A program made the translations under genes and the position numbers. The notes below the pieces were generated by a model that did not search any database, had not been told where the DNA came from, and worked only from the letters and a program-made list of their open reading frames with translations. DNA of 63,592 nt, counting the filler, from Octopus bimaculoides (Eukaryota), in the NCBI RefSeq assembly GCF_001194135.2. It is 5 parts of 4 records of this genome, joined end to end, with 100 filler letters (N's around TTAATTAATTAA, not from the genome) between each part and the next. Parts side by side here need not be neighbours in the genome. Positions count along the whole stretch, not along the records: positions 23,401 to 39,435 come from NC_068981.1; positions 39,536 to 48,622 come from NC_068983.1; 3 more parts are not named here. One strand, 5' to 3'. This document shows positions 27,409-40,035 of this stretch, one piece after another (position 1 is the stretch's first letter; every line of letters begins with the position of its first letter).

Positions 27409-28382
27409 NNNNNNNNNNNNNNNNNNNNNNNNNNNNNNNNNNNNNNNNNNNNNNNNNNNNNNNNNNNNNNNNNNNNNNNNNNNNNNNNNNNNNNNNNNNN
27501 NNNNNNNNNNNNNNNNNNNNNNNNNNNNNNNNNNNNNNNNNNNNNNNNNNNNNNNNNNNNNNNNNNNNNNNNNNNNNNNNNNNNNNNNNNNNNNNNNNNN
27601 NNNNNNNNNNNNNNNNNNNNNNNNNNNNNNNNNNNNNNNNNNNNNNNNNNNNNNNNNNNNNNNNNNNNNNNNNNNNNNNNNNNNNNNNNNNNNNNNNNNN
27701 NNNNNNNNNNNNNNNNNNNNNNNNNNNNNNNNNNNNNNNNNNNNNNNNNNNNNNNNNNNNNNNNNNNNNNNNNNNNNNNNNNNNNNNNNNNNNNNNNNNN
27801 NNNNNNNNNNNNNNNNNNNNNNNNNNNNNNNNNNNNNNNNNNNNNNNNNNNNNNNNNNNNNNNNNNNNNNNNNNNNNNNNNNNNNNNNNNNNNNNNNNNN
27901 NNNNNNNNNNNNNNNNNNNNNNNNNNNNNNNNNNNNNNNNNNNNNNNNNNNNNNNNNNNNNNNNNNNNNNNNNNNNNNNNNNNNNNNNNNNNNNNNNNNN
28001 NNNNNNNNNNNNNNNNNNNNNNNNNNNNNNNNNNNNNNNNNNNNNNNNNNNNNNNNNNNNNNNNNNNNNNNNNNNNNNNNNNNNNNNNNNNNNNNNNNNN
28101 NNNNNNNNNNNNNNNNNNNNNNNNNNNNNNNNNNNNNNNNNNNNNNNNNNNNNNNNNNNNNNNNNNNNNNNNNNNNNNNNNNNNNNNNNNNNNNNNNNNN
28201 NNNNNNNNNNNNNNNNNNNNNNNNNNNNNNNNNNNNNNNNNNNNNNNNNNNNNNNNNNNNNNNNNNNNNNNNNNNNNNNNNNNNNNNNNNNNNNNNNNNN
28301 NNNNNNNNNNNNNNNNNNNNNNNNNNNNNNNNNNNNNNNNNNNNNNNNNNNNNNNNNNNNNNNNNNNNNNNNNNNNNNNNNN

Positions 28383-28413
<31 letters not shown>

Positions 28414-28724
28414 ATATATATCTATATATAAATATAAATTTATATATATATATATATAGATATATATACATATATATATACATATCTATGTATATATATA
28501 TATATATATGTGTATTTATATATATATATATACATACATACATGCGACTCTATACTGTTTTCTCTCTCATCTTTCTCTGTTTCTTTCTCTCGTTGCTCAC
28601 ACCTGACCATTGTCCATCCTTCTCTTCCTCACATGATCATCTTTCTTTTCTTTCAAGACTGTGAGATTTAACATTGCTTGTTTTCACTTTTTCGATATCA
28701 GTGAATAATTTCACTGGAGAAAGT

Positions 28725-28953
28725 TACATATATTTGCCAAGGGATGTCTTTTGCATCGAAGGTCGGCGATTGTCGTACGCTGAAGAAGGGAAATAGCCCT
28801 GAAACTCGGGTACGTACGTATCGTAGATCAAGATGGGAAAGATAACTTCCCTTGGCAAATACAGACAGGGCATAGATGTGTGTCGATAGCCAGCTGGAGG
28901 AGATGTCCTCCTGGGGCTAAAAGCAACAGTAACATCCACCCCTCGGGGTCAGC
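28725..28953 (-). mobile_element. GC-richer structured fragment, probably a retroelement 5' end
   Basis: 14-bp perfect inverted repeat (28731-28744 / 28848-28861) and local hairpins; abuts an N gap. Family not identified. Confidence 0.35.
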
Positions 28954-29657
28954 NNNNNNNNNNNNNNNNNNNNNNATATATATACATGCTTACATATATA
29001 CATATATGCACACACAGAGTCATATAACGGGACGAATGTCATGCCTGGCACAGTCGTAATTATTAATCTACCTGGTTTGCTGTTAAACAACTTCTTTATA
29101 TAATCAATCTGCTAAAAGGCATACGTATCTCAGCTTTATCTCTCTACCCCTTACTAATCTCGGTCTTCATATCTACGCAAGAATCAGTTATATACCAATA
29201 AATTGGCTGGGTTGAGAGCATATAAGTGTTCCTCTTTCCCTAAATGACTATATTCTACCGCTCGTAGTTTCACGCCTGTATTATAAATTACTGTGCGAAC
29301 AGTATTGTCTGCCGTATCATGTTGCACTGTCATTAACGTTACCTTTCATTTCTTCTCTAGGGAAGTTAAATAATTAGCATTAGTGTATGATAAAATAATT
29401 GATAGTAATATAGAATCAACTACACAAATCCCACTTACCAAAAGAAGATTTGTGCCGAAGTGGATAAAATAACGAGCCAACGATGTAGACACCACATAGT
29501 CCTTTCATCTAATTTCAGTTAAGTTATACTATACTGTCTTTTTTTAAGAAGGACACATTGAATAATGTTAAGATACATTTTGTCAAAAACATAAGCTGGA
29601 ATCAGTACAACTGAAAAGCTTCAATCAGGTTTGACTTGAGGAAAATGATTTTTTCCA

Positions 29658-29858
29658 CTATTGGTACAAGGCCTGAAATTTGACTTGTTGAGGGGTAAGT
29701 CAGTTATATCGACTCCAGTACGTAGCTTATTGACCCCGAAAAGTTGAAAGACAAAGTCGTCTGCGGCGGAATTTGAACTCAGTGCGTAAAGAGAGGTGAG
29801 GTTCCGCTAGGCATTTTGTCTAACGTGCTAATGCATCTGCCAGCTCCCAGTCCTCCTA
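29658..29858 (-). mobile_element. Family B SINE
   Basis: aggcctgaaattt...accccgaaaag...gaatttgaactcag...ctgccagctc. Confidence 0.85.
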
Positions 29859-31422
29859 AGGCCAAATAATAACAGCAGCAAATATATTATCATAATTCAT
29901 TCTAAATTAACTTGATTTTAATATTTTAATATCATTAAACATTTATCTTCCGTTAAAATTGCTTTTTCGTACAGATACACAAGATTTCGTATAAAAATAT
30001 GTTTTAAAGAGAGTTTATTATGACTAGTGAACTAAAATAGCTCCAAGAGGAAGCCATTTCTTTTAAAATTTATACTATTTTCAAATATCAATGTTTTTCT
30101 TTGCTCAAGTAAATCTCAACACACTTTGCCATTTACAATTGTTCATTTTGTATTACCATACATGTTATGCCAGCAGCTAAAAGAAATCCCTTCTGTTTGT
30201 TATACTTCATAACCCCTCTTTCTCATACCATATATGCATAAAATTCAACATCTGTGTGGGAATGTGTGTGTGTATGGATGGGTGTGCTATTTACTGTTTT
30301 CTTTACTTTAACTCGATCTCCTGATCTTAATCACTAACTTATTTCCCTTGGTATAGTTTCTTTCTTACCCCTTCTCTACTCTATCTCTTCACTCTTCAAA
30401 GACCATCCTCTCCCACTCATTAACAATGTAACTATTTCTATATTAAATTTCTGAGAAGAAATTCGTTTCATTATCACAGTAAAGCAATTTCTTTATACAT
30501 TACCGTTATTTTCTTAAGGTAATATATTCCGTGCGAGTTGTATACTAATCTTTGATTAAGCTGACTAACAATAACAGAATAGCTAACCGCTTTCATAGTA
30601 AAGGCCAATTACAATAAGAGAAAAATATATTACTTATTATCTAATTTATTCTCGTTTATTTCGCCGCCATTTATTATTTTTACTGAATTTTACTAAGAGA
30701 ACTAGTTCTCCCTAAGAAAACATCAAATAGACTGTGAGACAGACGTGCATCCTACTGCGCCGCCAAGACTAATAGGTCGGCTCTACAGGACTAAACTGGA
30801 GTGATATCAGATGGATATTCATTTTATATTTACTGTAAAACACTTCATATGATATTCTTCAAGAAAAAAAGTAACGTCTGCGATGCATCAAAAAAACCTC
30901 TAGTAACGAAATTCTTCAGTTATATTTTTCAAGCCCTTAAGCTTCATTTCTCTCCTTTTGGGGTTTGAAAGTTACCTAAGTAGAAAACAACTAAGTTTTA
31001 ATATTCCCAAAATGAATTCTCACATTATTAGATAAATCGATTTTCATATAACAAGAACAAATTTTTAGCCTTATTCTAATAAATTAAATTTAAAAGATGC
31101 TCCAGAATTTGCAATCTTTGAGTTGATGGCCTCAAACTCAACAATAGAATTTTGTTTTTCTTTTTTCAGAAAATGAAACTAAAAACTATAATTCAATAAA
31201 GTAAACATCAAGAAATATTTAAATGATACTCCTATATTTATCGCTGTCGTTTCTCCTTTCAGTGATAATGATTATAGAAGTGGGCGTCATTATTGTAAGA
31301 GAGAAGAATTTTGAAAGTTATTACGTATATACCTTCCACAAAGTCATTTATGATAAAAGGAAGTGAAATAATTGCAGACAAGAAATGAAAATAGATCGCG
31401 ATCTTTGCTGGCCGGGACTTAC

Positions 31423-31681
31423 CATTATGTCTTTGGCACTCGCATATGGCCCCAATAATGAATACTATCTTTTAACACTAGAAAATAAATCACCACAAAA
31501 AATATCCCCTAAAGTGTAAGGAGCACCGGATTTTATAACCAACCATCACACAAAATAAAATTACACAAAAGAGAAATGAAAAAAAAAAGACAATTTATTT
31601 ACTTTCTCCTTTATGTCAGTGAAAAGAAAAGAATAAAATAAAAGCTGCTAAATTCCGACGTTATATATAACTCCTGTTTAC
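31423..31681 (-). promoter_or_regulatory. Candidate TATA promoter and first exon ending ATG|GTAAGT
   Basis: TTATATATAA at 31661-31670, forkhead-like GTAAACA at 31675-31681, and gacataATG|gtaagt at 31425-31417. Confidence 0.25.
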
Positions 31682-33783
31682 GTGTGGCTATAAAAATTCA
31701 ATCAGTGGTGTTTAATCTGTGCCAACACCAGTAGCATTCCGTTTCACATCATTACATTTTGACGACGTGTCTCGTTGTAATAAACATTTACGTAATTAGG
31801 CTATCACAAGAAAATGACATGTGTCATTTCTTGGTGGTAGAAAACAAATGAAGAATAAAGGCAATTTGAGCAGTCCTATACTATCATCTGATCGGCTAGA
31901 ATGTGAAGGTATTTGTGTGATAAGCCTTATAATACCATGCGATCGCATTCAACGTATAGGTGACAACTGAGTTCTGGAGTCGAGATTCTTTGAATACTTC
32001 AAACATCTTTGATTAGATATCAACTGTTTCTAGAATCGTCTCTGTTTGATGATCTCATTCATCTCTCTCCTCTCTTTCTTTTATTCAATCACTCAGCAAT
32101 GTCTATTTCATTTTGACTTATTTGTGTCTTTATATATTTATTTCAATAAAATGGTCAGTGAATTATTTAATAAACGAAAACGCTGTGATACAATTACAAT
32201 TGATTCCACTGAAAAATATTAGGATTGATTCACATCCAGCGCACATCTCTGATAGACATAAAAAATGAATTTGGTTCTGAAAATTATGAAAAAGTTAAAT
32301 AATACTGGCTCATCAGATTACTCTAATGCAATAGAACATCGGAATTCATACGTATCATAAAGAACATGAATGTTGTATTACATGGATTTCTTAATTAGGA
32401 ATTTTTAGAGTGAGATTGTATTATCAGCAGTAATTAATGCAGTAATTAAAGGAAATCAGTTCGCAAACATGGCGTCCCGAGAATATATTTAAGCTATACT
32501 GTAATGACCACTTCTTAGTGAAGCGAATTATTTCGTCTTTTGATTGGTCTGCTCATGTAGTTAATTTAAATAAAACTATTGCTTTAAAAATAATCATTTT
32601 CTTTTGTTTGAAATTCAAACTATAATACTTTTATAGATAATACGAATATATTTTAGAATTAAAATAGATAAGAATATATATCTTTCAAATAAAGTTTTAA
32701 TTTATTATCATTAGCTTCATCATGTCCTCGTTTGAAATAAACTCTATTTAAATAGAGCCGCACCTCGTGCAGTAGAGACAGGTAGAACAAGTATTATTTT
32801 ACTAAATGCTAAGTTTTGGTGGGAAATATTTGGATTTTAGCACACACACACACACTTTTCCTTTCTTTCTATCCCCTCTTTTTTTATGTATGTTAAATAC
32901 TGCTCTCAATACATAGCTGGTGCTTACTTTGTTGATCCCTTGAGAGGAATGAAAGTCAGAGTCAACCCGACAAGATTTGAACGCATGACATAGATTAGAC
33001 ATAACTATATACGGAAAGGTATTTTCTTCCAGCACGCTGCAGTTTCTACCACACCACTACCGTTGAATATTAAATACTGCAAATATCAAAACTCCCCCCG
33101 TCTTCTCTGTAAATACCATTCGTCTTTAGATGCTAGCTTCCACTATACTGTACAATGCCAAGAACAATGTTTATGATGTCTAAATTATCATTTACCTTGT
33201 AGCCTTATCTTAAACCACAATACGTTTTCCTTTAGAGTAGATTCGTCTAGTTAGCTTTCGATTATTTTCTTTATGTCTAGTGGTAAGTTATCCAGTAGAC
33301 AAATTAATTGCAAGCCGAATATTATTCTAGCTAAATTTTTGTTGTCTATATAAACAATCAGTTACCTATTATGCTTTGCTGTTAAAATATGTGTCACGAT
33401 TTTCCCAAAATAATTTTCATTAATTTCTGTTGATTTTACATATGTTAATATCACCAATTGCGTTGTTTAATTTATAGCATAGATAACGTTATTTTTTTTC
33501 CTGGTTATTAGAGTTAAACAGGTCATACCTGATTTTGAAAATGAATTATGCGGAGGTAACCGCTTATCAGTGAAACTGTTTATTTAATCTATTTGCTTGG
33601 TAAATACTGTAAATTCAATATTTAGCTAACATTGCCCCAGCAGCTGTAAAGCAATTAGTAAAGTTCCTCAAACCGAGATCGCCATAATGTTACGTGTCTA
33701 GGTAGAACCCATTTCGCTAATGGTTTTCGGACAGAAAAGCATGGAACCACTACACGCTCTATGTCGTCGCTCTTCAAATACTA

Positions 33784-34644
33784 TAGGTTGTGCCAAAAGT
33801 CGCTGATGGGTTTCAATTTTTTATAACTTCCTTAACTTTACAAATAAATGCATGAAACTTTGATACAATATAATGGAAATTAATATGCACAAGTCAAATT
33901 TTGCAACACCACTACATCACAAATGAAAAATGACATCGCTTAAATGGCAGACATTTTCGGCTTCGCGTGCCGGTACTCTTTCCAAAACTTGCACCATAAC
34001 ATCCTCAAGAGTTTCAAACCCCCACTTCACTGATTTCTCTATTGATGTTCTCCTTCAGTTGCACTATGGTCCATGGTTTGTTGACGTAAACCCTCTCTTT
34101 CAGGTCCCCTCACAGGAAAAAATCCGGGCTAGTCAAGTCTGGGAAACGTGAAGGTCAGTTGACATTGCCGTAGCGGGCGATTATTCTCTCTCCAAACACT
34201 GCCGTAGCAATTGCATTGTTTCTCTTGCGGTATGAGCAGTTTCCCTATCTTGCTGGAACCATGTGTGAGGTCTACTTTGAATGGCTAGGTGCAAAAAAGA
34301 TCACAATCATGGATACCTGAAAGACAGGGTTTACGTCAACAAACCAGAGACCCTGGTGCAACTGAAGGAGAATATCAATAGACAAATCAGAGAAGTAGGG
34401 TCAGGAACTCTTGAGGGTGTAATGGTTTAAGTTTTGGAAAGAGTACCGGCGTACGAAGCCGAAAATGGCTGCCATTTAAGCGATGACACTTTTCATATGT
34501 GATGTAGTAGTATTGCAAAATTTGACTTGTGCATATTAATTTCCAATATGTCCTTTATATTGTATCACACTTCCATGCATTTATTTGAAAATTTAAGGAA
34601 GTTATTAAAAATTGAAACTCATTAGTGACTTTTGGGACACCCTG
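33784..34644. mobile_element. Palindromic non-autonomous Tc1/mariner (DD41D, rosa/Visitor-like) element with TA TSDs
   Basis: TA|taggttgtgccaaaagtc ... gacttttgggacaccctg|TA. ~320-bp inverted arms each contain the transposase C-terminus (GYLKDRVYVNKP). Minus strand WFQQD...P..PDLTSPDFFL gives 41 residues between the last two catalytic D after one frameshift repair. Confidence 0.88.
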
Positions 34645-35009
34645 TATATCTTTGCAACCAATCAAAACCAATATTTGTTGAATATTTTCGATTTGGCGTA
34701 ACAGATTACTTTACTCTTCAGATAACGTCAATACATAATTTAGTAATTCTCAAAACATTGGATAATATTTTCAGTAAAAAGTATTTTTGATGTAGAAATG
34801 AGAAGTTATTAATGCTTTGATGAAAGATTTGTAATTGACACATCTTTTAAGAAAATAAGATTGTATGACATTTGAAAGCGTCACCTGGAAATAACCTACA
34901 CGTAACCGTTTAAAGTTTAACATGTATTCATTATCTTTCGAAACTAAAACACACGTAAGCATACATATGTTATACACGAGCTGGTGTACCCGTAATTCCT
35001 GGGGGTAAA

Positions 35010-36170
35010 GATGTTCTATTGAAACGCCTTATTACTCTGATATAAGAAAGCAATTTCGTTATAACTGCCACAAAATGTGTATTTTCCGTCACGAAAAAGT
35101 ACATAGATAAAGTTCTGGGAAGCACATGTGAAGTTGGTCTAAATTGAGAATTTTTCTCCTTGCTGGAATGTGATTTCCGAGCCTTCAGTTAGGTATGGGC
35201 ATTTACCACAATTAGGTCGTCTGCATTTTTTAACTATTGGTATCGTATGTATTGAGTTTAGTTTTGCATTTGTTAGGAGTCTCTTGAGTGATTTGTGTTG
35301 TCTTTTGCATTTGAGGAGTTTATATGTATTTAGGATGTTGTTCATTTTCGGGTCTTAAGTGAGCAGAGGGAGATTTTGTATAATTGTGTTGTATGCTTCA
35401 TTGTTTCTGAGGTTGTGGGTTGATGTGTATGGGAGTGATTTAAAGTGAGGTGTGGTGTTTTGTTTTGTTGTCCTTAGTGTGTTTGTGTCCAATTTCGTGA
35501 CACGTTCAATTCCATGGTCTATAAGTGCGGGTGGATATTGACGTTATTTTGAGGCCTTGTAGGCGAAGTTACAATTGTATAGATCCTTTTAGCTAGATTG
35601 AATGGGATATCTATTTTGGTGTGTTTAGGACGGCATGAACTGAAAAGGAGATACTGTTTTGAGTCTGTTGGTTTGTAGTGGATGTCAGTTGCAATTTGGT
35701 TCCTTACTATATTCTATTGTAAATTGAATACTGGAGTTTATATTGTTCGGTGTGGATTTGAAATCCAGGAGTTTAACATAGGTTTCATTCCAGATAATAA
35801 AACAATCGTCTAGGTACCTTTTCCAGTTTTCTCTTATATACTGGAGGAATGGTGGTCCAAATTTTTGGAGCCAAAGTTAATATAGGGTAGATTCAAATAA
35901 ACCCATTATTAGGTTCGCAAGGACAAGCGCTGGTTTCGTTCCCATCGCAATATCGCATTTTTGGCGGTAGTATGTTGCATCGAATAGGAAGTAATTGTTT
36001 TGTAAGATGAACATCAGGGTTTCAGTGACAAAGTTCTGGTTTATGTGGTCCGGGAGAACTTCGGGGTATTTTTCTAACCAGAATTTTATTGCCTCTATTC
36101 CGTAGTCATGTGGAATGTTAGTGTAGAGGTTGATGACATCGACGGAGACTAATAGTGCTTATTCGCTGGT
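35010..36170 (-). mobile_element. Penelope-like element: RT to GIY-YIG remnant (Neptune-like Cys linker)
   Basis: [71 protein letters not shown]. Frameshifted and internally deleted. Confidence 0.9.
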
Positions 36171-36639
36171 AGTTTTTATATACATTTATATATATATTTG
36201 TGTGTATATATTTATATATATATATATATATATAAATACATACATACACACATATATATATATATTTATACATATACATACATACATACACATCTATATT
36301 ATAATAAAACTCGAATTTTGCCTATTTTCCTGCCATTTGATTAAGATGATAAAGATTACAAATAAAATAGTCATTTCCCCCATTAAGGAAAAAAAGTGAA
36401 TTGAAAATTTCGACACTTCAAAGAGTCGTCGGTAGCTACCTCTGTCCGTCCTTGTCCCTTGCTTTCTTTTTTCTTCCCTTAATCATTGATACAACTGTCG
36501 AGTCCCGAACTGAAAGAAAGAAATTCTCCCTATATTTTATGAAGTACTTTTTAAAACACGAGTACTGTTGTTTTTTTTTCTTAAAGGAGAAAATTGCTAT
36601 TTTATTTAAAATAGAATATTAACCTTAATCATCCTAATC

Positions 36640-36965
36640 AAAAGACAGACTACCTCTTTATATACGAAGATCGGTTGCAATGGAAGGAGTTGAATCGCAT
36701 AAGAATGGAAAAACAAATAACAAATGGGCTGTACCTTATAATGAAACTCTTTTAAGAGCATTCAAATGTCACTGCAATGCTGAAATCGTTGCCTCAGTGA
36801 GATCAATTGAGTGCGTAATCAAGTACACTCTGAAAGGAAATGACCAAGCTGCTTTTCAAATAAACAATGATAACGAAATTATTCAATATCTAATGGGTAG
36901 ATAAACTGGACCATCCGAAGCAGTTGCTTCCATTTTAGGATTTTCGATTCATAAAAGAGCACCTG
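36640..36965 (+). mobile_element. Helitron Rep/helicase remnant
   Basis: LPLYIRRS...NKWAVPYNETLLRAFKCHCNAE...IKYTLKGND...EIIQYLMGR*TGPSEA...GFSIH matches the Helitron Rep consensus NxWVVPYN..HxNVE..KYxxKG.D..EI..Y..R.....EA. Confidence 0.85.
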
Positions 36966-38214
36966 AGTACAGTTATGGAAATTAGTTGCCCAGCAGATGT
37001 TAACATAAAGCTGAAGATCAGTGAAAAAGAGAATACGTACACAGCCCTCAAGAACGTAGAATTCTTACAGATTCTCGTTATTGCCTGTCGCCCGTTTTCT
37101 CATAGAAATTATGTTTAGAATATTTGTTTTTGAAACGGTAGATTTAATAACTTCTGGAATTACGTTGCGTTTCTTTACGTTCTGAATTCGAATCAAATCA
37201 GAGGTAACTTTGACTTTCATTCTTCGGAGGTCAATATAGTATATACTCATCATGTACAATTTCACATCTTCCTTCAAAATGCGATGTCTATATTAAAAAT
37301 CAATGTATATTACTGATAATAGTCATTGGCAAGGGCCATTGGATGCAATTCATGACATAGATTAGAAGCTTCTATCTAGAAGCGTTGATAATAATTTTTA
37401 CATAGATTTACAGATTATTTATGACAAGAAACTTAGTAAAAGTAAAATAGAAATAACGATAAGTGATTTGTCAAAACCCCTTATAAATTACTTTGCAATA
37501 GTCTAAGGAGTAAGATGATTTATTATTTAATAAATAGAAAACCTAAAACATATCAACAGAATTTATATAAGTGTGTAATCAGTATTTACAATCAGCTTTT
37601 ACTAAATTTATTTAAGCTAATATAAACAATTGCACAAAACAGAAAAGATAAAAGCAGGAATGATATTGTTAAAGGAACAGTATGGTTACATAATTTTTAA
37701 AGGTCCACATATATAAATACATCTATACACACAAAAATTTGTTTCTTCAGTAAACGGGATTTCTGTATGATAAATGTGTTATATGTAAATTATGTTGTGT
37801 TAAGCATACTATTAATACACAGGGTTACGTTTTGCAGCTGCAGTCCATATTCCTAGCGTTGAAAAGCAAATAAACATTTCAGAGATCCTAAATATGACTA
37901 ATCATAACCCTGTTTAATAATTTCAGCGTAATCAGATATTAATGCATACGTAAAATTAGATGTGACACATACCCTTTTCTTTCTTCAGAATTTCAATTCT
38001 GTGCTTTTAATTCTGTGCTTTTAATTCTGTGCTTAAAGTTAATGACTGCATCTTAAGAACACATTTGCCGTTGTTGATAGACCAAGAATCTGTTACAGCA
38101 TAATAACACAGTTTAGATCGTATGTCACAAAAACAGGAATTTATGTCATTAGAGAATGAGCTACCAATGCAATCAGTTTCTAGATTTGTGTCAACATTCT
38201 AAATTTCTATTTCT

Positions 38215-38430
38215 TGTAGTTGTTGTTTTTGTTTTTGATTAGCTCTGGATCAATCCTGATCGAGTAGGTCTGTGATCAAATGTATTCCAGTTGTGATGAT
38301 TCTATCTTCTTGAATATAAGCGTCTACATTGCTCAATGCATTGATGTTTTTGTTTTAATTTAAAACGGCAAGGCAGGTTTTAAAAGAAAGTTGAGTGCTC
38401 TTTCTAGTAGATCGACAATCTCATAGAAGT
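38215..38430 (-). mobile_element. Family C repeat (SINE/LINE tail ending in (AAC)n)
   Basis: Reverse complement resembles 51450-51660 (ctggaatgccttt.atcataggtctg). Confidence 0.6.
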
Positions 38431-39119
38431 TTCCTCGTTGATTCATTTCTCTACGTCTCATCTTACTTTGTCTAGTTACATAATAAGCATCCCTATGCTG
38501 TATATCAGATATTTAAGAGCTGGCGTTCAGATTACAGTTTTGTCATATTTACTAGATCATTATCTTTGATCCTATTTAATGTGGCGGTGTATCATAATGT
38601 ATTAGTTGGCATCCTGAAGCAGTCGTAAATGAGATGAACCAGAATGATAAAAATATACACGTCAGACAACTGTATTTAAACGAATAGCTACGAATTATTT
38701 CAATTGAGCGTTTAGTTGTGTTTAGTTAAACAAAACTCATCAAACAAGACAAACTTCTTGTTATGATAGCCATCTGGATTGAATGATGGGAATGCTGGAC
38801 ATGCTGAAGTACTTTTTAGACATGTGATGATTTTCCTTTTTTATTCTGTGGATGTTTATGACATTATTTCTTAGTCTTACACCACCATGTTTTCGCTGTC
38901 ATATTACATATCAGATAATTATGCTAAAATACATCTCCACTTCATTATTTCTTCAATGAAATACTCCACTTAAAATGTTAGTCCCTACGTCATTTCACTC
39001 TATAAAATATGCTTCACTTCTGCTTAAACTTCCATCATATTTAAATGAACATTGAACATCACTAAACTTACCCGTAACTACTGCCTATCGAACTCTGAAT
39101 CAGTATATTGGAACTCTCC

Positions 39120-39390
39120 CGTATGACATGTACGCATGCTCAGTGACTTGCTTTAACAGTTGCAATCAGCTGAATGCACATTGCCAGTGACATTTGACAT
39201 AATTACCCACACTCTGTGGTCAGGATTCTTTTTTTGGTTTGATGTCGGTATCGAAGGGATTACCAGACACCGGACAATACAGTGAGAGCAGCTTTCACTC
39301 ACATCGTGGTATGCGATGCTGTGTACGTGTCTGTCGTGGTAAAATATGCCACTCCTTAACTGTTGCTTTGCTTTCATCCGTAGCACGAGG
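39120..39390 (-). pseudogene. SWIM-domain remnant, probably from the accessory ORF of an ISL2EU/Kolobok-type DNA transposon
   Basis: HVHSIAYHDVSESCSHCIVRCLVIPS...RVWVIMSNVTGNVHSADCNC* resembles the WVxxxxxxGxVxSAxCxC SWIM motif; truncated by a stop. Confidence 0.5.
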
Positions 39391-39586
39391 TAATTATGTC
39401 ATTATCTGTGAAATTCGGCAACTTACAAAGATCTTNNNNNNNNNNNNNNNNNNNNNNNNNNNNNNNNNNNNNNNNNNNNTTAATTAATTAANNNNNNNNN
39501 NNNNNNNNNNNNNNNNNNNNNNNNNNNNNNNNNNNACACACACACACACACACACATACATATATATATACATATATACGTATATA

Positions 39587-40035
39587 TAAGTTCTGTCCGA
39601 ATTTTGAATAAAGAAATCTAGCAATCAAATATTATATTTAATTGAAATTTAATCATCAATGTACTTTCCCTGAATATCTATGACGTCTTTCCATCTATTT
39701 ACAAGCTTTTTAATCCCATCAATGTAAAACTCTTTTAGTTTCAAAGCGAAAAAGTCTGAAATATCAGTTTCAACCTTCTCCTGGCTTGCGAAAGCTTTGT
39801 CCCACAAATGATTCTGTAAACTACGACACAAATGGTAGTCTGAAGGAGCGAGGTCTGGAGAATAAGGTGGATGAGAAATTTTTTTGCCAACCAAGCATTT
39901 CGATCTTCTGTGATGTAACCTTTGCAGTGTGGGGTCGCTCATTGTCACTAATGCAACATCACTCCTTTTCGATTCACTAAAACGGTTCTTTTTTGTCTTC
40001 AAAGCTTGGTTCAAACGCTCGAATTGCTAACAGTA
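39587..40035 (-). mobile_element. Mariner (DD34D) transposase 3' remnant with one TIR
   Basis: HPPYSPDLAPSDYHL...GIKKLVNRWKDVIDIQGKYIDD*; terminus taagttctgtccg next to (TA)n. Confidence 0.9.
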
